Origin: Catajapyx aquilonaris
Lineage: Eukaryota
Reading direction: 5' to 3'
DNA: 55,212 nt
Assembly: GCA_000934665.2 (NCBI GenBank)
Contig: KZ538444.1
Coordinates: 62,001 to 117,212 of the forward strand
Made by a program: the position numbers and the translations under genes. The notes below the pieces were generated by a model. That model saw nothing but the letters and a program-made list of their open reading frames with translations. It had not been told where the DNA came from and made no database searches. This document shows, piece by piece, positions 39,122 through 51,887 of the stretch; positions within the stretch are counted from its first letter, which is position 1; each line of letters starts with the position of its first letter.

Positions 39122-40432
39122 ATGGGAGCATGGTATTCGGCAATAGCAGGTCCTGGAAAGAAGCGCAAGTGCAGTTATGACTCTGATGAAGATGAATGTC
39201 GCCCTGCAGCAAAGAGGAGAAATATCACGAGTAAAGGTTTTTCAGACCTATCCCCTGAGATTGTGCTCCGGATATTTTCATACATCCCTCAAAAAGATCT
39301 GCTGCTGAACGTTGCCTGTGTTTGCAAGAAGTGGAATAAACTGATCATGGATTCAGAGCTCTGGCACTCCCTCAAACTTGATGGCCGGAAGGTGACCTCA
39401 AAGAAGGCGGTCCAAATGGTCAGCGGCATGACCCAACTGAAGCAGCTGGAGCTGGTACACTGGTGGGATGAAAGCGTCGAAAACATTCTGGACGCAGTTG
39501 GAAACACCGCGCCCAAGCTGGAAAGGCTTCACCTAAAGTACATGAGCTCACTGAATGACGGCATGATGGAAAGAATCGTGCAAAAGTGTTGCTACATCCG
39601 GGACATCTACCTGTTATCATTACATGGTAAGAAAACACCTGTTCCATTATTAGATTGACAGTATGGAAATGTATGGTATCCTATCTCAACTCCTAATATT
39701 ATTACATGCATTATTATTATTATTATTATTATAGGTCCAAGGCGCCATCCGTTTGACACCTTGTCATCTCTCTCGCATCTCGAAAAGCTTACACTTATCG
39801 GTGACACTGACTCAGAGCCACCGGATGGATCCGTGGCGAGGAAGTGGCTCGGTCTGAAGGAAGTGAAGCTTCAGCCGCACTTCCCGAGCCACAATGATGC
39901 AGAACTTCAAATCTTGATTAACTCTGTTGGCTGTCATCTACAGAAGTTGACGGCAAGGTATCTAGAAGACCCCGTGTCATACGCATGCTTGTCAAAGTGC
40001 CAGAACCTGCAGGAGCTGTACCTGCAGTGCGGAGAGGATATGTCAGATGCGGACTTCCTGAGTGGGGTTGGAAGTCTCACCAATCTGAGAGCACTGGCGG
40101 TTCGAGGTCATCACTTAACTGCTGAAACCCTGATGGTTTATCTTTCTCAGCAACGCTTGGTGGGCCGTATTGAGATCCTGGACCTTTCTCAGACTCCTAT
40201 TCTCAACGATTCCCACCTCTCCGCCATAGCCTCCAACTGCCCCCGGCTTGTCAACCTGTCTTTAAAGAAATGCTGTAACATCACCCGTCAAGGTCTCCTT
40301 GACCTGGTCAAGAACGCCCAGCAGTTGAAACTGATCTTTCTCAAATGGTGCTATCAGCTCGGAGATGTCAATGAAGTAACGGACCAGCTTAAACAAGTGC
40401 GGCCGCACATTTGCTTGGACTTCTACTCATAA
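39122..40432 (+). CDS. F-box/LRR protein, cluster copy 2 (~400 aa)
   Basis: Exons 39122-39626 and 39735-40432. F-box FSDLSPEIVLRIFSYIPQKDLLLNVACVCKKWNKL; LRRs such as LVNLSLKKCCNIT. UTR exon 38797-38889; AATAAA at 40612. Confidence 0.92.
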
Positions 40433-41595
40433 GTCAGACGCGGTCAGACGGCATGGATTTCTCCTCCTGTTTGTGCATGCACTAAACTCCTCGCTATATA
40501 TGAAATCAGGAGCTTAGCTCTTGCTAAAAAATTATGGTTGTAAAAAAAAAGCTTTAAAGTGCTGAGCAGATATTTTATGCTGTGAATGATATTGCACTGA
40601 TAGCAAAAGAAAATAAATTGCGTCGGCTAAATTTGCTGTCATGTTTTCTGACAATTTCTTGTTAATATTTTTTAAAGTAGCTGTTGTAAATCATAAGTGG
40701 CTTTCTTTCTTGAACAATTAGGAGCATGCAAGTAATAACCTAGAGATTGTTTAATGCGGTTAAAGACATACACTGCTGTCTCTCGTAATTTAAAAAAAAA
40801 AAAGTTGCATTATGATGGCATAAAGGTCATCGTCGTTTGAGCAAGTCAGCAAGACAACCAGAATAAAAAGCCTTATCACAATGTTATTTTTTTGTCAGTA
40901 CTCCAGGAGTGAACACTCCATAAAAATTATTACAACTTCCTGCTCTTTTCTTGAACTTTGGCCTCAATTATAAGATAATTAAGGAATGTAACAATGGCAT
41001 TCCGCGGGCATTAATATGAATAAGCCAAGTGTCTTGATGCAACATCTGAGAGGACATCGACATAGCCTGCCAAAATATGCCCCAATATTTATTATGATAA
41101 AAAATGTAGATTAAAATTTAAAGTTCAAGTTAAGAATGGCGTGCTACTTTTGGGTGGTCCCTTTACTGTATTGTTATTGCTGCTGATTTTTATGTTCACT
41201 TTATTCCGTACCGTTCCGTATGTATACCAAAAAAGGTTGACAAATTATTCCATGACTAATTTAATCATAAAATATGTTTGAGCCTGTTAGAACGAACCAT
41301 TAAATGTTTCAAATAATCCATCACGTGGCAACAATAAATATAAATAAAAATTTGCCGCAAGTCGCGCCGTTTGCCGCGCGACATTTTTTTTTGTGAAATG
41401 GCCTTTATGTATCGATCGGAAATGTCAGGGACAGCACTCGAAAGCCCTCTTTTAATTGACATTCGTACGTGGTATTTCTAAGCACGTTACACTGATAATG
41501 TGGTTCAACATTACGTTAAATTAACTGGCAATTGGCAGGTGGTCATAACGAACGGAATTGAATACGGTCACAAAATACGATACGAACATTAGACG

Positions 41596-41685
41596 TGGCA
41601 ACACTGCGGATGCTCCATTTTTAAAAAGGAAGGGGGGGAAAAAAATATGGCGGGCAGATGCCGCCTAGAGAACAGTCGATTTTTG
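41596..41685 (+). promoter_or_regulatory. Putative promoter/first exon of F-box copy 3
   Basis: TGGCAACACTG at 41596, AAATATGGCGG at ~41643, donor TTG|gtgagt at 41686. Same layout as 47922-48000. Confidence 0.6.
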
Positions 41686-42373
41686 GTGAGTCGGATTCCT
41701 TTTGGGTTCGTATTTGCCTAGAAGGTGTAGCCTATAGTAAGTAGTAGAATTAATAACCTGTACCTTCAGTACTTGCCTCTGACCTTTTGTACAATCACTG
41801 GAATGTAGCTGGAGCAACAGGTGCAGGTTGGTGCTGCGTAGCATGTAATATTAGATTGCAGAAATATATGAGGCAAGGGAGGAAATGTAACATATGTTCC
41901 AAATTTATCAGCTTACAGATATTGATCAGGGGCACTGGCTTTGTGCGACAGGGAGATGCCCTCGCCTATCTAGTGAGACAGCTGAGAAAGATCACGTCGG
42001 TGCATCATTCATGTAAATTTTTGATGCGACATTAGTGGAGATGAATCCGTCATTATTTTTCTCAGCAATCTTTTTTGGTCCGTATTATGTCTAATCCTAG
42101 TATGATTAGCCGCAAAAGTAATGTTGCACTGTTATGCGATGGCGTCCGTTTAGCATGGGCGTTGCAGAGTTACGGGTGTTAATTTGGCAATATTCCGGAA
42201 TCCACAACCCATGCTAAACAAGTTGTGGACACCATCACATAAAGGCCCATACACACAGGCCGTCGACGGTCTTTGGTCGCGTTGACATCGCGGACCAATC
42301 ATGACTCGTGTAAACAAGCGCAACACTTATGTTGCGCTTGTTTACACACACTGCTGTTTAAATTTAACTAAGG

Positions 42374-42635
42374 CAGTGGTTCCCAAACTTTTTTGGTCGC
42401 GGCCCACATCAGATAGGGAAAATATCTCGCGGCCCACCTAATGAGCCATTTACACCTCGTCGCCTCCCTTATTGAGAGCTGCAAAAATCATGCTACACAA
42501 TATATGTATTTTTTTTTTACGTACAGTGCTCTTGCTCCTCATTTCACAAGATCATTATTTTATAGTTTACAAAAAAAATTTAAATCTCGCGGCCCACTTG
42601 GAGGAGCCTCGCGGCCCATAGTTTGGGAACCACTG
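42374..42635. mobile_element. hAT (Charlie-like) MITE
   Basis: cagtggttcccaaact ... agtttgggaaccactg with an 8-bp TSD aactaagg/atctaagg (7/8 match). A related terminus lies at ~28878-28903. Confidence 0.88.
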
Positions 42636-44336
42636 ATCTAAGGCAATACAAAACAAATTATTAGTAGGCCTGCATTAGAGTATCTGATAAGAAAACATAC
42701 ATTTATTGCTGGAGTGGGACGGTCGGATAAACAGGGTTCTACTGTACTTCACATTTTGTCACTTTCGAAATAAAATTTAAGTAATTTACTCGTAATTAAA
42801 GAAAACAGATTACTTTCTCGGAATGTGGTGAAATTGGTGCAAAAATATTTTTCTCCAGATAAATAAAAATATTATGTCTAAGGATTAACTCTGTAATAAG
42901 AATTTTCATTTTTGGAAAACATGCGCAGGTGGCGGGCATTCCCCCTCCCTCCCCTACCTGCTGCACATTTTATGGTCTACTGTACTTGCACAAGTAGGCC
43001 ACATTGTGCATGCACTCAATGGTATTTGTTTAGCTGAAGCCGATAACACCATTCCTCAGGACCCTTTTGTGCATTACCCTTTCTTGCCTGATGCTCTTCA
43101 CAAATAGTTGAAGCAGTAGTGGAGATTGTGATACAGGTTAATGACATCATTGTTCATGTTACTACCAAGTTACATGTTTTAAATATGCAGGGTGGGCCGA
43201 AAGTTACTTGACCATATTATTTCAGTAACATGGTATGACTACAGTTGACTTGCCAAAAAGGTCAAAATCATTATTTTTCTGGTGTACTTGGCAATGATGA
43301 GCAGGAAGAAGAGAATGACAGGTTTTTTTTGTTCCTCCATAATTTACGTGTGAGCTAATTTTACATATTTGTGGGTAGCTTAATTAATCAGTGTGCAGCA
43401 GTGTGAATGATAGGAACACAGCTAGCAATAACCTTTGTGCGTTCATTGCAAAAGTGGTGATTTAGCTGTAGCAGACCTGCTAGCCTGTTCCTTGAAGACT
43501 GTTGCATCCAGAGTCAACTGTGTTTCATTAGTGATTTAGTTAATGCAATTATTTTCAACTAAATCAAGTTAATTAATGATCAAGGGAAATCAAATGTTCA
43601 AGGAGTTGGGCCTTTTAGATGGCAAATAGAAAATTCTTCTAAAGAGATGAACATTTTTTCATTTCATTATATTCTGATGTAATTATTCCTTTCAATCTTC
43701 TGGTTGTAGTTTCGGAAGTTTATCAGTGACTGTTTTCCCCGTATTGCAAATGTTCGTGGCATTGGGTCAGGGGACCTTAGAAGCCAAGTTTTAACAATTC
43801 TCATTAACTTCCAACATGTTCCCACTGATTGGATAAAATGGATAAAATGGGCTGGCTTGAACTGGTACTGCACCATACCAAATGACTTTAGGAGCAAAAC
43901 CAAAGTACAAAATCATGGACATTGGCCATCTCTAATGGAGTCGTTAAAATCCTCACGAAAACATAACATTAAAATGAAAGAAAAAAGATATATTGCCTAG
44001 GATGTAACTAGGGTTTTAATCAAAGCATTGACTAAATTTTCAACACATCCTGGGCTGCTATAATCAAACCTCAATCACTGCAGTGATTGAGGGTTGATTA
44101 TTGCAGCACATCTAAATTTACACCCATTGTTGTGGCTTGTACTGAAGGCAAAATATCACACACTATAAGTAAACATGCATGGAAAAGTGTGTGAGAAATA
44201 TGTGGGACAGTTGAAGGATTGCTTTATTTGTACTCCCACAATAATTTTTAGTAGAAGTTGTTCCTGATAATGTTTGGTGTAAAAGTAAAACTAAATTATT
44301 TTTCTTTTCGTATGTATTCTTGAATTGTAAACACTG

Positions 44337-44681
44337 ACGCGGGAGACGGAGTGGCACCGCGGTAACGCGTGCGCCCACGGAAGTTAAGGTCCCGGGTTCA
44401 ATCCCCACCCGGGGTTCCCACCTTCTTTCGTGCAGAGTTGGGCCATCTCTGGCTTCGTTTTGGGTGGCAATTTCCGATAGACTAAGCCACCCGGGGGAGT
44501 TCACAAAATGACCAATTAACGACAGCGCACATGCACTTTGCACATCCCCTTCTAACTAACTTGGAGTATACTAATAAGATTATTCTTAACTCGCTCCAAA
44601 AAAAACAAATACCAATGGTGGTAGTCCACCACCCCCTATAGACCTAACAGGTCATCACAAGGTAAATTTTTTTAAAAAAAG
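44337..44681 (+). mobile_element. tRNA-derived SINE
   Basis: Pol III A-box-like TGGCACCGCGG and B-box GGTTCAATCCC in the head, ~270-bp non-tRNA body, A-rich end, 11-bp TSD tgtaaacactg at 44326-36 and 44682-92. Confidence 0.85.
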
Positions 44682-44944
44682 TGTAAACACTGGCCTTGAA
44701 AAAATGCATATTTTAAAATGGTAACAAATGGGTCTAGGAACTGAGAATGTTGTGTAAGATAAGCACATGTACTTGCATGCTTGTGACCGATACTCAAGTG
44801 AGGTAATGACTGATGCTCATGATTATTCTAGTGTGACCAGTCTACCTGGAGCAGATAAAACCACACGTACGTCTCTTGTTCACATGAATAGTGGATCACT
44901 CACAAGGATTGCAGTAATAAAGTAACCAAATTATTACAGGCAAG

Positions 44945-46423
44945 ATGGTGAAGGCCACTACAACAGCAAGGTCGAGGAGAGTTGGCAAGAAACCGGTTAC
45001 TCCTAAAGGTCAGTTTCAAGGTACACAGCACCTGCAAAGGAGTTGTAAAAGTGATTCAATGGATTTACTTCAGGTGTGAAGAAGAAAGTCACTGCCCCAA
45101 AGAGTCGAAAACCTGCGAAGGGTATCAAGAAACTTGCCGGGACTGTTAAAGCTCCATTACGTGGCAATAAGAAAGGGAAGACCAAGGCAATTGTGGCAGC
45201 AGCTGAGGAAGGACAGCAGGTAGACATTCTAGGTGGATCATTTGGAAATGTTTTACAAACTGACCTGTTTCAGGGAATGTACTCATGGAACAAGAAACTG
45301 CCACCCGAGTTGTTGCTCAAGATTTTTGCACACCTTGGAAGAGAAGACTTGTTTCATGCTCTCCTGGTGTGCAAAGACTGGAACAAACTTGCCAGAGATG
45401 CAACGCTATGGACAGATGTCACACTAAATGGGAAAAAGATGACGAGCACAGGAGCATCTATCATCATAAGAGAGAGGACCAAGCTGAGAAGACTGCGCTT
45501 GGTGTGTTGGGATGAGAAGATAATTGACCCCATCCTGATGGAACTCAGTAAAAGTGCTCCCAACCTTGAAGCACTTCTGATAGACACCAAGTGTCACATA
45601 AATGGTTACACGCTGATGCACACAATGCAGGAATGCAAGAAGATCACCGAGCTTCACATTAAGGAAATGCCAAATGGTATGTCTCTATGAGGTTATGTTT
45701 CTTGATTTCTCATATATTTGACTTGATATTTCAGAGCGAAACTGCCACCCGCTGGACTGCCTGCCCTTAGAATGGAACGTGAGCAAGCTTTCCCTCCACA
45801 TATGGGACTACATCCGATGCAAGGCAATTGATAAGTCTGCAGTGAGGAAATGGGAGACTCTGAGGGAAGTGGTAATACAGGACACCCTTTGTGATGATAC
45901 CTTCAAAATTATTATCTCTGTAGCTGGGGATAAACTTGAGAAGCTGAGAGTGGATAATCTGTGTTGGTCTGACTCATACATGATGCTGTCAAGATGTCAG
46001 CTGCTAAGAGAGCTTTACCTTACATGTTCATGCCATATGAATGATGCCAGCCTTCTAAATGGGGTGGGCTCTCTTAGAAACCTGGAGCATCTCACCATTT
46101 CAGGCAGCCGTGAAGTAAGTGCTGAAGCTTTCACCCAGTTCTTTTCCCGTCAACATGTGGTTGGCAAGCTGCTGACCCTTCACCTGTCTAATACCAAACT
46201 CAGTTCCCATCACCTGCTTCTCATTGCCGACAACTGTCCTTTCCTTACCCGCCTCGTCATCAAAGAATGTCAAGATATTTCCCTTGAACATCTTTTGTCA
46301 CTGGTGAGGAAGACCCGAATTATTCAGCTTGGCATCATTGACTGCAGTGTTCAACAATGTCAAAGGAAAGAAGTTATTGAAAAGCTAACAGCCATTCAAC
46401 CGAAACTTTTCATTAAATTTTGA
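44945..46423 (+). CDS. F-box/LRR protein, cluster copy 3 (~433 aa), Lys-rich N-terminal tail
   Basis: Exons 44945-45008, 45074-45219, 45274-45676, 45735-46423. F-box KLPPELLLKIFAHL..ALLVCKDWNKLARDATLW; LRRs. Confidence 0.88.
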
Positions 46424-47921
46424 ATCCTTGATCCTCATTTTATTCATAAGTGCTCATGCAGTATTAAAACCATGTATTTTGAGAATTTCACTCGCATTCT
46501 GTGCATCAATGGAAAAGTAGTGGACAGTCAGTCCTGTTAAGTCACTTTTGAGTTTTGGTGTGGAATTATGCATAGGCTATTGTAGGAACGCTAGAGCTTT
46601 CCAACTAGATGCTATACTTGAAAGTCGTTGTGCAGCACTTGGGGTAGGCCTATTTCAGTGTACAACATACTGTGAGGGAAAAAATGTTGTCACATTAAAT
46701 GTACTGTTCTTTGATTTTGTGATTTTTTTTTTCTTACTTTATGTATTTTTTAATGGAAGGATCGCGATCAGGTTATGCATTGGTATGTGTTTTGCGGCAT
46801 GGTTTTGTTACCTGCTGAAGATTTTGCGGGACCATTTATTTTTCATCGTGAAATTGTGGGATGGTTTGGCAAGGAGTGAATATTGTAACCAGGCATCCGA
46901 AATGTAACGGACATTTTATATAGGTACCGTGTTCATTGATTTTATTCTCACTAATGAACCGAAAGAGGGTAATATATCGTGTCTTTTGTGTGCTTGGGCA
47001 TGATGAACTACTTTTATTGGCGCACTCTCTCCATGAATTTGTCACCGAGGTGCATCATCAGTTAATTCTCACTTTTTCTCACTTGTAATAAACCTCATTG
47101 CATGTGGTGTACATCTGGTTTGTATGGAGAGGGGCTATTGGAAATGTAAAGTGGAAGGGTATCCATAGAGGTTTGTGCACCACGTGAAAAATATGGCAGA
47201 GGTTGCATTTCCAGGAAAAGGTAAAGGAGAAAAAAATGTATTCCTGATGTGTTAACCTTTGACCTCATTCTTCTATGAATGATGTGATGTTGTAAATTGA
47301 CGGAATAAAATCTATGTTTCACCTGACGAGTGATGACCTGTTATTGGGTAGTTCCATTTCGAATCAGTTAATGGCCAGTGATCTACAGTTTGTTATCTCT
47401 GTACGGGACACCTCGACGATTGCAAAGTCAGGCTTCATAAATTATTACCGTAGAAATGAGACCTTTAGAATTTAAAATTTACGAATACATAAAATCTTAA
47501 TCCCTGGACACTTATCTCCGGCTGTGTGCCCAGGTGTTGCGCAATTTTTATTTTATACATGATATGAACGCATACAAGGTAGGCTATGTAATCCATAAAT
47601 TAAAGAGGCGTGTACTGGTCAATTACACTGTGTGGGTAATGCAAGCGAAAGGTGTACAGAATTACAGTTTTAAATGGATTTAAATTATTCACAATGCACC
47701 AGCCCGCACCAGCCATTATTACCATTGCTGTTGCTTGTTCTCAAAATTTCGTAAAAGTAGGCTGACAAATTGTTACTCTTAGTTGAAACCCCCAAAATAT
47801 GTGCGAGAATCTGTTTCGAGGCATTAAACAATATTATTAAATGCACCAAATATTCCAACTGTATCAAGCATCCGCGAAATTTTCACCAATACAGTAGGAC
47901 CAATGATGCAATAATGAGATG

Positions 47922-47999
47922 TGGCAACATTGCACAAGTACTCATATTTCTGCGAAAAAAAAGGCAATAAAAGATGGCGAGAATCATTTGCTACAATTG
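47922..47999 (+). promoter_or_regulatory. Putative promoter/first exon of F-box copy 4
   Basis: TGGCAACATTG at 47922, AAAGATGGCG at ~47970, donor TTG|gtgagt at 48000. Confidence 0.6.
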
Positions 48000-48840
48000 G
48001 TGAGTATGCATCAGGTTCGCATTTGGGCATACCCTGACCTTTGACCCTTTGAACAATCACTGAGATGTAGCTCAGGTAAACAGGTGTAAGTCAGGTTGTA
48101 CTCATTATGCTGGAAAGCATGTTAATTAGATTGCAAACGACATGAGACAAAAGGAAGGGGGGAAATGTAATGTAATATGTTGGCAAATTTTTCAGGTTAA
48201 TAAAATAATGTTAATTATGGTTTGTGGTATGCTATAATATGCTTGCATGCTGCACATTAGTCGTACTTGCATTAGTAATTAAGTAGGTGGTTTGCACTGA
48301 TTGGCACGCACTCAATGGTATGTATTTGTTGTAGCAAATAGCTGTATACCTCATTGCATTGACTTTTCTCACCTGTCATATTGTGTACAGCTAATTGAAG
48401 CAGTAGGTGGAGAACATGATACTTATAGTGATATCATTGCTTCATGAGGTGATTGCCAATTGATGTTTTTTTTTAAATATGCCGGTTGAGCTCCTCAGTG
48501 TACCCACTCAGGAGTGGACCTCAAAAAATGGATTCATTGACAGACTTGAACTTGTATGATGCAGAAAGCTTTGAGTAGGCAAAGTACAAAATGTGTCGTT
48601 GGCCATATAACTTGGACTGGTTCAAATCCGCGAAAAAACAAAGCATCAAATATTATAATCATTGTGCAGGAGTATGATTGTGTTCCGTATTATTTCAACT
48701 TATCATGAATTACTTCAAGGAATCTGGTGTAAACGTGACGACTTCGACTAAAGGCTGGTTCCAGGGCAACTGAAAGGAAGCGGAAGGTTGCTCCAGAACA
48801 ATCATCCCAAGGAGGAGGGATTCTCAATAGAAGTTGCAAA

Positions 48841-50574
48841 ATGCCACCAAAGCGAGGCACTACAAAGATGTCGAGTCCAGCAAAGAGTGCAGCTAAGAAG
48901 AAGACCACCGCAAAAGTAGCTGGCCAAAAGCGGAAAGGCTCTTCTGTTGCCAAGCTGAGAGGTGCACAGCCACCGAAGATGAGCAAGAAAACTCAAGTGG
49001 AATCAGATGGTCCTCCCGAGGCAACCACATCCAAAAGCAGGAAGCCACCGAAGATGAGCAAGAAAACTCAAGTGGAATCCGATGGTCCTCCCAAGGCAAC
49101 CACATCCAAAAGCAGGAAGCCACCGAAGATGAGCAAGAAAACTCAAGTGGAATCCGATGGTCCTCCCAATAAGGCAACCACATCCAAAAGCAGGAAGCCA
49201 ACTGTGAAAGATGGGACACCTGCGGCAACTGTAAAAGCTTCGTCATTACGTGTCAGGCAGAAAAGAAACATTGACGCAGCAGCTCAGGGAGAAAAAGTGG
49301 TTGTGAAGAGGAAGAGGAAGGTAAGCTATGTTGATCAGCTGAATTTCCAGTAGTAGAAATTTAATATTTTGCAGGAAAAATTCCCATCATACGCTGCACT
49401 TCCGCCTGAGGTGATGTTGCGCGTCTTCTCGTACCTTGGAAAGAAGGACCTCATGTTGGGAGGTGCGCTTACTTGCAAGAGATGGTGTGAAGTGGCCTTC
49501 GACTCTGAATTGTGGCAAGATGTCACACTAAGTGGCCGGAAGTTGACTGTCAAGAGAGCTACACAGTTGGTCAGGAGGATGACAAAGCTAAAGAAACTAC
49601 GTCTGGTGGGGTGGGAGGATAACCACCGGACTATCGACCCCATCTTGAATGCTGTAGAAAAAGGTGCTAAAGAACTTGAAGCACTTCTGCTAGAGAGCAC
49701 CTGTTGGACATCTGGGTACACTCTGGCATTTACAATGCTGAGCTGCAGCGAGATCAAAGAACTTCACATTTCATCACTTCCTAATGGTACGTCTCATCAT
49801 CAAATTGGGTTTCCTGATTTCTTGCATTAACAATTTCCGCATTTCCAAGGGCCTGCAGCAGTTCAGTTAAAGCAAGTGCTTTCTATTCCAGTGAGCGATC
49901 GCCACCCACTTGACCGCTTGCCCCTAGAGTGGAGCGTGGAGAAGTTCACCCTCAGCTGGAACTACCACTACTCGAAGCCACCAAACGTATCTGCACAGAG
50001 GAAATGGGACTCCTTGAGGGAAGTGAGCATCCTACAGCCATACTCTGACATTGAATTAGAAGTGATTGTCGCCAGCTCAAGGGGTCAACTGAGGAAGCTG
50101 ATGGTGGACAATTTGAAGAAACCCGAGTCATACCTGGGACTGTCGCGGTGCGAACTGCTAGAAGAGCTTCACTTCAACAGTGCTCTGAACATGACTGACT
50201 CTGGCTTACTAGATGGAGTTGGCCGTCTCACAAACCTGCAGCATCTCACACTCCGATACAACAAGAATGTCAGTTCATATGCCTTGACAGCATTTCTGTC
50301 TTGCCAGAATGTGGTTGGCAAATTGGTGACACTTGAGTTGTCTCTCTTTGCCATGGGTCCCCAACTCCTCCCCATCATTTCCTCCAAGTGTCCTCTCCTG
50401 ACCAGCCTCACCATCAAGTACTGCAAGGCCATTACCATTGAATCCCTTCAGGCACTGGTTCTAAAAAGACCAATTAAGCACCTTGATGTGACTGGCTGTT
50501 TTGAAGCGGATGAGATAAAGGATGTGATTGAATTGGTAACAGTGATCCGTCCAACCCTTACCATGATTGGTTAA
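48841..50574 (+). CDS. F-box/LRR protein, cluster copy 4 (~524 aa), basic repetitive N-terminal tail
   Basis: Exons 48841-49320, 49375-49786, 49892-50574. F-box ALPPEVMLRVFSYL..ALTCKRWCEVAFDSELW; LRRs. The start codon is less certain because the frame is open for ~34 codons upstream. Confidence 0.88.
48970..49197 (+). repeat. Coding 75-bp tandem triplication (PPKMSKKTQVESDGPPxATTSKSRK x3)
   Basis: Near-identical units start at 48970, 49045 and 49120; the third has one extra AAT codon. Confidence 0.95.
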
Positions 50575-51887
50575 TTTTCCTCAGTGTGTCTAGGACCCTC
50601 TTGGTCCATTATCTTGTATATTATTCAGTGCTGTGAAGCCAACTCCTCATCAGACTAATTCAAAGTGTATGAGTGAGCATATATATAGTGTCACATATTT
50701 GGATATAATTTTTGGCTTTGTGTGTTATTTGCAACTTATGTTAATTATTCGGTAAATTAGTTTCACATTCATCTGGATATGTAAGATCATGCATTCCGTG
50801 CTGTTAAACAATATATGTAAGAATGACTTGCCTGGACCAAGACATGGATGTATACTGTCGGGTAATACTTTTCCCAAAAGGTTTTTGGAATGCATTAAGA
50901 AACACAGCAACAGCACACATTTTTGAGTGTTAGCCACCTTGTACTTCAATAATGTTCATGAATACAAATGTTAGTATGGAAAAGACGTACATTTATTTCC
51001 TTTATGACCTCGCTACATCGCTACCACATGTCATATCGTGTTGAAACTTTCTAGTGTCCTTTATATTGCTGTCAATCTGTGCATTTTTCAGCTGTCAATA
51101 ATAATTGTCAGTCCCACACTTCAGGTTGACCTTTCAATCTGTGATTTATAGGCTCTTTAAAAAATAAATTGACATCTCAATAGATTGATATACCAATTTA
51201 CTCGTATTGCCTGCACACCAGCTGCCATGTAAAATACACTTCTATTTGCAGCAATAATATGCATAATTATTATTCACCTTGTTATTTGGTGATTCACATT
51301 ACATATTTTTCATACATGGAGAGAATGGCTTTTAAATATTCCAATCAAAAATTGAAATGAGCAGTCCAAACAGTGAGGCCAGATGCAACAGGTATCGTAT
51401 CTCATTGCTGCCAGGCAAAATTCCTGATACAATATCGAGGCCAGCTGCATCTGGTACCCCAAGTACTCTCAGCAATGTTTTAAAATATATTAATATATAT
51501 AATTAAAAAATATATATTAAAAGTGTAACTAATAATTAGAATTTTAGTCACATGATTGTGGACCAAGTTGGCCAGCCAAAACCTTCAGTCTGAGTGTGAT
51601 GCAACCAGCAGGAGCTGGGCAGTGGGGTATGACCTTCTCTTCTATTACAATAATTACCAGATAATTACTGATGTAATTACATGAGTTCATTTGTGTTTGT
51701 GGATCAGAATAGTGTGATCATTCAATCATATTATAATCTCTTCACACTCAATAAAGCTGCTCGAAGTGCAGTTCAAGGCCATGAAGCAATAAATGAAATT
51801 AATGTTTTAAAGAATTGGATTGGCGGCCAGTGGAATATGCTGGGTTTGCACCTTTTCATTCAGCAATTTATTTTAGGGAATTGATCT

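Noticed and set aside
44341..44412. tRNA gene
   Set aside because: No clean cloverleaf or terminator; it continues into a SINE body with a TSD.
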